Assembly: GCA_032718475.1 (NCBI GenBank)
Contig: JAUCBJ010002182.1
Span: forward strand, 1-64,000
Direction: 5' to 3'
From: Nemertoderma westbladi
Lineage: Eukaryota > Animalia > Xenacoelomorpha
DNA length: 64,000 bases
Part shown: in pieces, positions 1-11,000 of the stretch
Position numbering within the stretch: position 1 is the first letter of the stretch
How the letters are laid out: each line of letters begins with the position of its first letter
Made by a program: the position numbers and the translations under genes
Notes under the pieces: model-generated
Told to the model about the DNA's origin: nothing
The model's database searches: none
What the model saw: the letters and a program-made list of their open reading frames with translations, nothing else

Positions 1-201
1 CGATTATGAAATCAGTGTGGTGTTTATAAGTCAATACCAGATTCAATAAATAACATTCTCATTTATTTATTATGATGTCTCTCAAAATACAGTTTTTTGA
101 AGTTTGAATCATAATATACATAACTCATATTTAGTTATCAAGGTGTTTGATGTACAATTACACCTTTACTAGACTCCGAGATATGGTTAGGAAGTAGGTA
201 C

Positions 202-3200
202 TCATTGAGCCTGCTCAAGTAGGCACAGCTTATGAATAGGGCGTTTGAGTACTGAACCTCCTCTCAACTTTATCTCAGCAACACGGACTAGCTTGTCCTC
301 ACCAGGGAAGACACGAGTAATCCGTCCAACTATCCATGCACTTTTGATAGAGTTCTCATCCATGACAAGAACCATATCATTAACCTTAAGATTGTATCCT
401 GGGCGGTACCACTTTGTTCTTTTATGAAGGGTGGGTAGGTACTCCCTGATAAATCTCTTCCAAAAGAAATTACTTAGGACTTGAGATTGTCTCCAGGTAC
501 GTTCAATTCCATCATTAGCTGTAATAAATAGACCTGGTGGTAGATTGGAAACAGGGTCAAGACATAGGGCATGATTTGGGGTAAGTATGGTGTCACCTCT
601 AACATCATCAGTTGTTGAGTAGAGCGGGCGACTGTTTAATATTGCCTGAGCTTCAGACAAGACTGTTCGCAATGTATCATCGTTAACTAACTCTTTTTCT
701 AATGTCAATTTAATTATGTTTTTGGTTAGACCTACGAGACGTTCCCAGACTCCAGACATATGTGGACCTCCTGGTGGCTGGCGATGAAAGTTAATTCGAT
801 GATTTGGGACCAACACATTAGAGAAATCTATGTGATTTAAATCATCGAGTGCTTCATGCAGCTGCCGCTCAGCACCCACAAAGTTGGTACCATTGTCACT
901 ATATATATCAGTAACCCTCCTTGCTTTCGAGTTAACAAAGCGACGAAGTGAGTTGATGAATGAGTTTGTCGAAAGGTCTTCAACAACATCTAATTCCACA
1001 GCACGAGTTGCAAGACAGGTATATAATGCTACCCAACGTTTCACCCGTGCCCTTCCCCGTTTAGTATCAATGGGACCAAAATAATCTACTCCCGTCCTTG
1101 TATATGGAGGTAGGTATGGTTCAGTTCTATAAGAAGGAAGATTTGCCATTTGTTGCTTCATGAGCCTATGATCACGCATCTTACAAATCATGCATTTACT
1201 TAAGAAAACCTTAATTTGTGACCTCAAGCCTATGATCCAATACCTCCTACGAATTTCATTGGTAACATGCTCTCTGCCAGCATGTCCTAAAGACCAATGA
1301 TGATCATAAATAATATGAGGAATTAAAACAGAATCCTTAGGAATAACTACTGGATTCATCTCATCAAAATCTAATGCTGTACTAATACAGCGTGAACCCA
1401 TCCTTAATACACCAGATTTATCTACATGAGGGTTCATCCTCTCTAATGGACTTCCTTTCCTTACCGGGCAACCTGATAATAACCTTAGACGATCATCCTC
1501 AAATGGACGCTGGACATACCTTACTACAGCTACCTTTGCTGCATCCATCTCACATTTCGAAATCCTTTCTGGAGGATGATACTCTAACCCACGATGCTTG
1601 CAAAAATGTGCACAACACGCACGTCTCATTCTTGCTGTACATACATACAACCTATTTGTATTCCTAAAATATTTAATAAACTTAGTTGTAGAGTCGGGAT
1701 TTGAAATCTTAATGGAAGACAGGAAAACCTTTGGTTTCTCCTCTGACTCAACGACTGGGGCATTATATATAATTGGATCAGCTGGCCATGTATCTTTCAT
1801 ACCTTGGAGAAACTCGGGTCCTGTAAACCACTGTTTACAATCTATTAACTCCTGGGGTGTCATTCCCCGGGATACATGGTCAGCTGGATTCATATCGGTT
1901 GGAACATATCTCCAGTCATTGACTAAAGAATTATTTCTTATTTCTGTCACACGATTAGTTTCAAAAGTTTTAAGTTTCAAGTCTGGATTTTTGATCCACC
2001 CAAGGGCAACCTTTGAATCAGACCAAAACGTTCTGGACACAATTTTGTACCACAATTCCCTCATAATGGTCTGTCCTATCCGCAAAGCCAAGATACAAGA
2101 TTGTAGTTCTAATTTATTGATCGACTTTGGGTTTTTAATCGGGGTGGTACGAGCCTTAGATGTGACAAAGGAAACCATGTGTTTATCACTTTCATTATAA
2201 CACCTAAGAAGATACAACACTGCACCATAACCCTCCTTACTTGCATCGCAGAAGTGATGCAACTCAAATGCCTCATCAGGTTTACGATTATGAAAATAAA
2301 CTCGTGGGATTTTCAACTTAACAAGTGAGGGCAGTTGTATCCTCCATTTTTCCCAAGAATCACTTATCACTGTGGGCAATTTTTCGTCCCATCCTAACAT
2401 GACTGACCACATGTTTCGCAATATAATTTTCCCTCTGAGGGTAACAGGTGATATAAAACCTAAAGGGTCATACAATGATGACAAAGATGACAGACAGCCA
2501 CGTTTTGTACTTGGAGAGTCACGTACTCGTACTCTAAAGCCAAATTCATCTGTCTCGGTGTTCCATTGTACCCCAAGTGTTTTGCTCTGAGGTAAATGTT
2601 CTAAGTCTAAGTCTACATTTTTTGACAACCTTGTCGAATTTATTTGAGCCAAAAATTCTCTACTGTTACTAATAAAACACCTTAAGTTGAAGCCACCACG
2701 TGCAAGGCAATCAATCAAGCCCCGCGCTAATGTGACAGCTTCTTCAACTGTACTTACAGATGGTAACCCATCATCCATATAAAAACTGTGTTGGATTGTC
2801 TCATTCACGAGTGGAATAAAATCGTCTTTATGTGTGTCACCAGTAAGTCGGAGGGTATTTATGGCGACACATGGGGAATCCTTTTTCCCAAAGGCGTGTA
2901 CTGTCATACGGTACTCTTCAATTTGATCATGAATTTTGTCATTTGACCACCATAAAAACCTAACACTATCTTGGTCCTTGCGGGTCATTTTGATACAGTG
3001 AAACATTGACTCTATGTCACACATAAAGGCAATATTGTCTTGCCTAAATCTAAGCAAGACACCAAATAATAAATTAAGTTGGTTGGGACCTGAGAGCAAC
3101 ATGTCATTTAATGATCGTCCACGAAATTTCGCGGCTGCATCATTTACTACCCTGATTTTTCCTGGTGTGTCTGGATATGTCACAAAATGATGTGGCACAT

Positions 3201-6200
3201 AATTGGTTTGAGGAGTAGCAATTAAATCATCACCAACTAATTTAACTGCATACCCACTATCTATATATTCGTGTATTTTCTCAACATACTTGGGAAAATA
3301 CTGTTTACTTTCTTCATTTGACATGAAACGTTTTCCTAAGGAAAACAACCGTTTCTCTGCCAAATGCCGGTTATTAAGTATGGTATTGGGATCACAATCC
3401 CATAACATACCTACTTCGTACTTACCATCCTCTTCACAAAAAACAGTTGTCTCTGTGAGGATCTGCCTGGCACGCTTATCATTTGCTGATTCATGTTGAA
3501 TCGAGTTGTCATGGTCTTCGAGTCGGCCATACCCAAGATTTTCAAGGTCCCAGAACTGGGATAAATGACGTTTAATATCAATAGGTGGTGGAGGTTTTAC
3601 CTGTGTCTTAAATGCATTTACAGATTCTTGTTTCCGCTGGTTACAAAGTGGATTAACTAATGGACCAGAAATGTACCATCCAAAGGGAGATAATGTTGCA
3701 TATGGTTGGCTGAGGGGTGAGTCACCATAACATTGTTCTAGTTTATAATGTGCAAGAGGAACATCCTGTCCAATTAGGACACTTACAAATGGTAAATCTA
3801 TACCTTTAGAATTGAGATCAATAGCTGACAAGTGCGGAAAACTAGATAACAAGGAATCATGTGATGTTCTCTTTCCTAGCTTCAATTTATCTGATACATA
3901 AACGCTAACATCACCTATGACTCGTCCATCAATTAACGATAAAAATTGGCATTGAGTTATACCAATCTCAACATCATTTTCATTGTGAAGAAGAGTTGTC
4001 ATCGACAAAGAACTATATACTTCTGGTTCACAATTTAAGATTTGAGTAACTTCCTTGTGTATGAATGAGTTGGTAGAACCACCATCGATTAAAGCGAAGG
4101 TAGAAACCATTCTTCCACAAATGCATACCTTTAAGGAGACGATTGGGAGGATTGTTTGATTTAGGCTATCCTGAAACTTGTTCGTCATTGTGGATAACAG
4201 TACCTTTGGATTTTCCTTAGACCCAGATGGATACTTATCGGTGACATTTTTGTCCCCCTTTGGCTGCTTGGAAGATGAGATATTAATCAATTTACGAGTG
4301 TTTACATTATGCATTATGGATGCGTGATTACCTTGACACTCTGGACATATAAGAGAGAAAGGGCAATTTATTGCTATATGTCCTGAACGGGAACACTTGA
4401 AACAACCATGTTGTTTCCAAATTACATTTCCCTTTTGAGAACCAGTCATTGCAATAAACTGTGGACATTTATACAAAAAATGTGAAACTCCTTCACACAA
4501 AGTGCATTCTGGAGGAGTATTTGAAATTACAGGCGATGACAGATTACCCTTATGCTTGGTTTGAACTATCATTGATGTGACCTTCCTTGTGTCCTTAAGA
4601 GGATCATTAGATACTTTGACTACTTTTCCTTTATCACTACTCTGTTGTTGATCCTTTGTGGAAACTGTGTATAATTGTGAATAATGAGGATGATCTCCAA
4701 CCTCAGCATAGAAATTCACAAAACGAAGAACATCCAATAATGTAGGATCAGAAGCTAGACCTGTTTCTGACCTTCTCCTATTTGAGATTCGTGTGGCTTC
4801 CATCTGCCACTTTCTTATAAGTTCTTGTGGAAGGCGAGCAATGATTGCACGAAGATTATGATGGCTGTTCATCTCCTGAGGATTTTTCAAATGTTTTAAT
4901 GTATTATATACATTACGTATCTGATCTGCATATAACATCAAATCAGCTGAATTAAACTTAACGGCAGGTTTACTTAGAATAAGAGAATCGAAGGTTGATC
5001 GGATTATCTTAGTAACATGACCATATCTTTGATCAAGTAATGCCCATGCTAAACGATAGCCATATGGTGCATTGATAAAACCTTTCACAGCCTCCTTTGG
5101 AGGCCCAGTGAGATATGCAAGGAGATATGAAAATTTCTCCTGATCACTAATTTGTTTGATTCCTATTGTAGCATTAAAGTTTACTGAAAAAGTAATATAA
5201 TCCTCTGGTGCACCACCGAACCTTTCAGGTTTAGGTAGTGGTGTATGAGATGAAAGGGCAACACGGTCTAATAATGCCCTCTCATAACCATCATCTCTTC
5301 CTGTGTATGAAGATCTGCCAAGAGGATTTAATATATCACTTTGCCCACCCGGTGATAAATAAGCACCATATGGTGGGTGATTACTATCCTTACAACCACC
5401 ATTACCTGCAGGTGGTCCACCGCCATTGCCACCTGGAGGGTGACCACAACCACCACTACAATTATTTGGTAAACCACCACCTCCACTTAGAGAGTGGCCT
5501 TCACCACTGTAATTCCAGAATGGTGGCTCTCCACTTCCAACAAATGGTGGACTAACACTTCCGACATTTGGAGTGCCAGTGTATGTAATGTCAAGAGGAT
5601 GTGTACCTCGTGGCACATCCCTTTGTCCAGCAAAAATTGGATGATAACTCATGTAATTAACTCCTGGTTCTACATTGTCTATAATTTTACTGTTTATATG
5701 GTTATACTGACCACGATTATAGTTGGGCAGACTGTCACCCATAGATTGTAAATGTGATTTCTCAAAATCAATGGGACTAGAAGATTTGTGAATATTGGCT
5801 GATATATCATCATGCCAATATTTTCCCTTAAATCCGTTACCAATACCTGTATGAGGTGTGTTATTATCTACATGTTTACCGTTGTTGTCAAAGTTATTTT
5901 CTGCGATGGGCATGTATGGTTCATATCCCCTATCCTGATCGCACTCATTTGTCCTGTGTCTGGGTACATAGGAGTCCGCAGAAGCACGGAGACCAGAAAT
6001 TTCTTCCTGTGCACCAATCAGTACGGGTGTATCATTTTTATTAACCACTTTTGTTACTTTAGATTTTATCTGTTTATTTATGTGATCATCTTGTTTAAAA
6101 GTAACTGTCTGTGAATAAGGTTTGTCTGAGTTTTTTGTTTGACCAAGTTGCTCAGGAGGGTGCTCTGGTGGAATCACATTCTGATGTCTTTCAGACAATT

Positions 6201-7428
6201 CTTCCCTGCGTTGATTCTCCTTTTGCAATAAATCAGCAACCAATTGTTTGCGCTGAAGATCAAACCGTGCCTGTTGTCTGTCAAAGGTTGCTTGCTCAAT
6301 AAGATTATTTGCCTTTAATTCATTTGCCCTTTGCACCTCTTTTGCTTTGTGTATGGATTCAAGTTCAGTTTGTAATTTCGCTTCCTTTGCCTCAGCATCC
6401 GCCTGTAGTTTGGCTTTTGTTGCCTGACTGGTTTTCCAATCAAGCTGTTCCTCAGCTTGTTTGTCCATAAGTTTGGAGAGTTCCAGTTCCATCGAAGCTT
6501 CAACTTGTAGTCTAGATAATGAAGCCGATGTGCCACTTAAAATGCTTGTTAGTCGCGATTTATCCTTCCTCAGCAGCTTCTTTGTTGCAAATGTTGCACT
6601 AGCAGAGTGTGAAGGATGTATACTGTTTGTATCGGTTCTTGTGGCGATATCTCGACTTCTGTTAATTCTAGAATTGTGTGGTAAACTTATATAGTTTGGC
6701 ACGGATTCTTTATTTCTAATAGTGACCTGCTCATTTGTTGTTGTTACATCGGGGTTATTCAGCCATGGTACTTCGGCATGTATACCAACACGTGTGAGTT
6801 CTTTTGCCTGCACAGATCGTCCAGACTCATAGAAGTCATCTACACTGGTACACATATTGGCCTCCTTGGCTATGAATTGCATTAACATGTCAGTATATTT
6901 CACTGGCATAGACATACCCTGGCGCTCATACGCCAACTTCAACTCACCTATTTTATCAATTACTTTGGAATAAGCATTTCCCAACTTGGTCAATAAATCA
7001 CGAGGTATGGATTTATCTGTATGTTGATACTCACTTATTGTACGATCAAGCCGGGTAACATTACTAAGATATCCAGACAGACTCTTAGTTAGTGAGGATG
7101 TATTGATATTATCACTTTCATTCACCACTTGTGTTGGATGATGCCTCGTAGATCTGCGTGGCACTTGTTCTTCTGGAGGTTGTTGTGCCTCTACTTGCAG
7201 TACAGCTTGTTCTACTGGAGTTTCCTGCAAAAATGCTCGCAATTGCAATGTTTCCTGTAACAATATTGCGTCATTCTGCGATTTGGTCTCTGTTTCAGAC
7301 ATGACTGTAGCTGTTACTGCCGTTCCAACGGATGACGATGGGGATGAAACACGTGAATAACTTTGACCCAAAATGTCATCAACATTAACATCCTCATTGA
7401 CTGTGGGATTATTTCCCCCAGTAGCCAT
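202..7428 (-). CDS. BEL/Pao LTR-retrotransposon gag-pol polyprotein, copy 1 (intact, 2408 aa)
   Basis: Single ORF with triple Gag zinc knuckle (CTLC..H..C, CFKC..GH..C, CPEC..H..H), protease ALIDGGST, RT FYMDD, RNase H HFCDAS, integrase HHCC plus VDYFGP/SDNGTNF/WERL, and the BEL-type C-terminus RPIHKLCLL. Domain order is PR-RT-RH-IN. Confidence 0.97.
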   Translation of the reverse strand: MATGGNNPTVNEDVNVDDILGQSYSRVSSPSSSVGTAVTATVMSETETKSQNDAILLQETLQLRAFLQETPVEQAVLQVEAQQPPEEQVPRRSTRHHPTQVVNESDNINTSSLTKSLSGYLSNVTRLDRTISEYQHTDKSIPRDLLTKLGNAYSKVIDKIGELKLAYERQGMSMPVKYTDMLMQFIAKEANMCTSVDDFYESGRSVQAKELTRVGIHAEVPWLNNPDVTTTNEQVTIRNKESVPNYISLPHNSRINRSRDIATRTDTNSIHPSHSASATFATKKLLRKDKSRLTSILSGTSASLSRLQVEASMELELSKLMDKQAEEQLDWKTSQATKAKLQADAEAKEAKLQTELESIHKAKEVQRANELKANNLIEQATFDRQQARFDLQRKQLVADLLQKENQRREELSERHQNVIPPEHPPEQLGQTKNSDKPYSQTVTFKQDDHINKQIKSKVTKVVNKNDTPVLIGAQEEISGLRASADSYVPRHRTNECDQDRGYEPYMPIAENNFDNNGKHVDNNTPHTGIGNGFKGKYWHDDISANIHKSSSPIDFEKSHLQSMGDSLPNYNRGQYNHINSKIIDNVEPGVNYMSYHPIFAGQRDVPRGTHPLDITYTGTPNVGSVSPPFVGSGEPPFWNYSGEGHSLSGGGGLPNNCSGGCGHPPGGNGGGPPAGNGGCKDSNHPPYGAYLSPGGQSDILNPLGRSSYTGRDDGYERALLDRVALSSHTPLPKPERFGGAPEDYITFSVNFNATIGIKQISDQEKFSYLLAYLTGPPKEAVKGFINAPYGYRLAWALLDQRYGHVTKIIRSTFDSLILSKPAVKFNSADLMLYADQIRNVYNTLKHLKNPQEMNSHHNLRAIIARLPQELIRKWQMEATRISNRRRSETGLASDPTLLDVLRFVNFYAEVGDHPHYSQLYTVSTKDQQQSSDKGKVVKVSNDPLKDTRKVTSMIVQTKHKGNLSSPVISNTPPECTLCEGVSHFLYKCPQFIAMTGSQKGNVIWKQHGCFKCSRSGHIAINCPFSLICPECQGNHASIMHNVNTRKLINISSSKQPKGDKNVTDKYPSGSKENPKVLLSTMTNKFQDSLNQTILPIVSLKVCICGRMVSTFALIDGGSTNSFIHKEVTQILNCEPEVYSSLSMTTLLHNENDVEIGITQCQFLSLIDGRVIGDVSVYVSDKLKLGKRTSHDSLLSSFPHLSAIDLNSKGIDLPFVSVLIGQDVPLAHYKLEQCYGDSPLSQPYATLSPFGWYISGPLVNPLCNQRKQESVNAFKTQVKPPPPIDIKRHLSQFWDLENLGYGRLEDHDNSIQHESANDKRARQILTETTVFCEEDGKYEVGMLWDCDPNTILNNRHLAEKRLFSLGKRFMSNEESKQYFPKYVEKIHEYIDSGYAVKLVGDDLIATPQTNYVPHHFVTYPDTPGKIRVVNDAAAKFRGRSLNDMLLSGPNQLNLLFGVLLRFRQDNIAFMCDIESMFHCIKMTRKDQDSVRFLWWSNDKIHDQIEEYRMTVHAFGKKDSPCVAINTLRLTGDTHKDDFIPLVNETIQHSFYMDDGLPSVSTVEEAVTLARGLIDCLARGGFNLRCFISNSREFLAQINSTRLSKNVDLDLEHLPQSKTLGVQWNTETDEFGFRVRVRDSPSTKRGCLSSLSSLYDPLGFISPVTLRGKIILRNMWSVMLGWDEKLPTVISDSWEKWRIQLPSLVKLKIPRVYFHNRKPDEAFELHHFCDASKEGYGAVLYLLRCYNESDKHMVSFVTSKARTTPIKNPKSINKLELQSCILALRIGQTIMRELWYKIVSRTFWSDSKVALGWIKNPDLKLKTFETNRVTEIRNNSLVNDWRYVPTDMNPADHVSRGMTPQELIDCKQWFTGPEFLQGMKDTWPADPIIYNAPVVESEEKPKVFLSSIKISNPDSTTKFIKYFRNTNRLYVCTARMRRACCAHFCKHRGLEYHPPERISKCEMDAAKVAVVRYVQRPFEDDRLRLLSGCPVRKGSPLERMNPHVDKSGVLRMGSRCISTALDFDEMNPVVIPKDSVLIPHIIYDHHWSLGHAGREHVTNEIRRRYWIIGLRSQIKVFLSKCMICKMRDHRLMKQQMANLPSYRTEPYLPPYTRTGVDYFGPIDTKRGRARVKRWVALYTCLATRAVELDVVEDLSTNSFINSLRRFVNSKARRVTDIYSDNGTNFVGAERQLHEALDDLNHIDFSNVLVPNHRINFHRQPPGGPHMSGVWERLVGLTKNIIKLTLEKELVNDDTLRTVLSEAQAILNSRPLYSTTDDVRGDTILTPNHALCLDPVSNLPPGLFITANDGIERTWRQSQVLSNFFWKRFIREYLPTLHKRTKWYRPGYNLKVNDMVLVMDENSIKSAWIVGRITRVFPGEDKLVRVAEIKLRGGSVLKRPIHKLCLLEQAQ

Positions 7429-7594
7429 ATCTCATTTGTTGATTTTATTTTACTTATTTGATATATTGGGGAAAATTTAATTTGCCAATTTATTGACAAT
7501 TTGACAAAAACTTGAGAGGTAAACCGAAGTTCAAAATGTTCAATATATTCAAATGCGTCCACCCAAATAAACTGAACACCTGAACCCAACCACT

Positions 7595-7816
7595 TGTGAG
7601 TACTGCGTAGGATATCGTCTTTAATAATTTTACGAGTTACCGTTACGAGGCAACTTACAATTTGTACAGAAGTACTGGCCGCATTCAGGGAAAACAGTGA
7701 TGGTGCAGCCTACTCAACTTGAAAACCCTACAAATAAACAAAGGCCTACACTATCAAATGTATTTCAATAATATATGTTTAAGCAGATTTTTAAATAATG
7801 CTGATTGCCATTCACA
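7595..7816 (-). repeat. Putative LTR (222 bp) between the two BEL copies
   Basis: On the minus strand it begins TGTGA, ends TCACA, contains ATTAAA, and is followed by AG-TGG (PBS-like position) upstream of the gag ATG. Confidence 0.6.
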
Positions 7817-8013
7817 ATTGAAATCAGTGTGGTGTTTATAAGTCAATACCAGATTCAATAAATAACATTCTCATTTATTTATTATGATGTCTCTCAAAAT
7901 ACAGTTTTTTGAAGTTTGAATCATAATATACATAACTCATATTTAGTTATCAAGGTGTTTGATGTACAATTACACCTTTACTAGACTCCGAGATATGGTT
8001 AGGAAGTAGGTAC

Positions 8014-11000
8014 TCATTGAGCCTGCTCAAGTAGGCACAGCTTATGAATAGGGCGTTTGAGTACTGAACCTCCTCTCAACTTTATCTCAGCAACACGGAC
8101 TAGCTTGTCCTCACCAGGGAAGACACGAGTAATCCGTCCAACTATCCATGCACTTTTGATAGAGTTCTCATCCATGACAAGAACCATATCATTAACCTTA
8201 AGATTGTATCCTGGGCGGTACCACTTTGTTCTTTTATGAAGGGTGGGTAGGTACTCCCTGATAAATCTCTTCCAAAAGAAATTACTTAGGACTTGAGATT
8301 GTCTCCAGGTACGTTCAATTCCATCATTAGCTGTAATAAATAGACCTGGTGGTAGATTGGAAACAGGGTCAAGACATAGGGCATGATTTGGGGTAAGTAT
8401 GGTGTCACCTCTAACATCATCAGTTGTTGAGTAGAGCGGGCGACTGTTTAATATTGCCTGAGCTTCAGACAAGACTGTTCGCAATGTATCATCGTTAACT
8501 AACTCTTTTTCTAATGTCAATTTAATTATGTTTTTGGTTAGACCTACGAGACGTTCCCAGACTCCAGACATATGTGGACCTCCTGGTGGCTGGCGATGAA
8601 AGTTAATTCGATGATTTGGGACCAACACATTAGAGAAATCTATGTGATTTAAATCATCGAGTGCTTCATGCAGCTGCCGCTCAGCACCCACAAAGTTGGT
8701 ACCATTGTCACTATATATATCAGTAACCCTCCTTGCTTTCGAGTTAACAAAGCGACGAAGTGAGTTGATGAATGAGTTTGTCGAAAGGTCTTCAACAACA
8801 TCTAATTCCACAGCACGAGTTGCAAGACAGGTATATAATGCTACCCAACGTTTCACCCGTGCCCTTCCCCGTTTAGTATCAATGGGACCAAAATAATCTA
8901 CTCCCGTCCTTGTATATGGAGGTAGGTATGGTTCAGTTCTATAAGAAGGAAGATTTGCCATTTGTTGCTTCATGAGCCTATGATCACGCATCTTACAAAT
9001 CATGCATTTACTTAAGAAAACCTTAATTTGTGACCTCAAGCCTATGATCCAATACCTCCTACGAATTTCATTGGTAACATGCTCTCTGCCAGCATGTCCT
9101 AAAGACCAATGATGATCATAAATAATATGAGGAATTAAAACAGAATCCTTAGGAATAACTACTGGATTCATCTCATCAAAATCTAATGCTGTACTAATAC
9201 AGCGTGAACCCATCCTTAATACACCAGATTTATCTACATGAGGGTTCATCCTCTCTAATGGACTTCCTTTCCTTACCGGGCAACCTGATAATAACCTTAG
9301 ACGATCATCCTCAAATGGACGCTGGACATACCTTACTACAGCTACCTTTGCTGCATCCATCTCACATTTCGAAATCCTTTCTGGAGGATGATACTCTAAC
9401 CCACGATGCTTGCAAAAATGTGCACAACACGCACGTCTCATTCTTGCTGTACATACATACAACCTATTTGTATTCCTAAAATATTTAATAAACTTAGTTG
9501 TAGAGTCGGGATTTGAAATCTTAATGGAAGACAGGAAAACCTTTGGTTTCTCCTCTGACTCAACGACTGGGGCATTATATATAATTGGATCAGCTGGCCA
9601 TGTATCTTTCATACCTTGGAGAAACTCGGGTCCTGTAAACCACTGTTTACAATCTATTAACTCCTGGGGTGTCATTCCCCGGGATACATGGTCAGCTGGA
9701 TTCATATCGGTTGGAACATATCTCCAGTCATTGACTAAAGAATTATTTCTTATTTCTGTCACACGATTAGTTTCAAAAGTTTTAAGTTTCAAGTCTGGAT
9801 TTTTGATCCACCCAAGGGCAACCTTTGAATCAGACCAAAACGTTCTGGACACAATTTTGTACCACAATTCCCTCATAATGGTCTGTCCTATCCGCAAAGC
9901 CAAGATACAAGATTGTAGTTCTAATTTATTGATCGACTTTGGGTTTTTAATCGGGGTGGTACGAGCCTTAGATGTGACAAAGGAAACCATGTGTTTATCA
10001 CTTTCATTATAACACCTAAGAAGATACAACACTGCACCATAACCCTCCTTACTTGCATCGCAGAAGTGATGCAACTCAAATGCCTCATCAGGTTTACGAT
10101 TATGAAAATAAACTCGTGGGATTTTCAACTTAACAAGTGAGGGCAGTTGTATCCTCCATTTTTCCCAAGAATCACTTATCACTGTGGGCAATTTTTCGTC
10201 CCATCCTAACATGACTGACCACATGTTTCGCAATATAATTTTCCCTCTGAGGGTAACAGGTGATATAAAACCTAAAGGGTCATACAATGATGACAAAGAT
10301 GACAGACAGCCACGTTTTGTACTTGGAGAGTCACGTACTCGTACTCTAAAGCCAAATTCATCTGTCTCGGTGTTCCATTGTACCCCAAGTGTTTTGCTCT
10401 GAGGTAAATGTTCTAAGTCTAAGTCTACATTTTTTGACAACCTTGTCGAATTTATTTGAGCCAAAAATTCTCTACTGTTACTAATAAAACACCTTAAGTT
10501 GAAGCCACCACGTGCAAGGCAATCAATCAAGCCCCGCGCTAATGTGACAGCTTCTTCAACTGTACTTACAGATGGTAACCCATCATCCATATAAAAACTG
10601 TGTTGGATTGTCTCATTCACGAGTGGAATAAAATCGTCTTTATGTGTGTCACCAGTAAGTCGGAGGGTATTTATGGCGACACATGGGGAATCCTTTTTCC
10701 CAAAGGCGTGTACTGTCATACGGTACTCTTCAATTTGATCATGAATTTTGTCATTTGACCACCATAAAAACCTAACACTATCTTGGTCCTTGCGGGTCAT
10801 TTTGATACAGTGAAACATTGACTCTATGTCACACATAAAGGCAATATTGTCTTGCCTAAATCTAAGCAAGACACCAAATAATAAATTAAGTTGGTTGGGA
10901 CCTGAGAGCAACATGTCATTTAATGATCGTCCACGAAATTTCGCGGCTGCATCATTTACTACCCTGATTTTTCCTGGTGTGTCTGGATATGTCACAAAAT

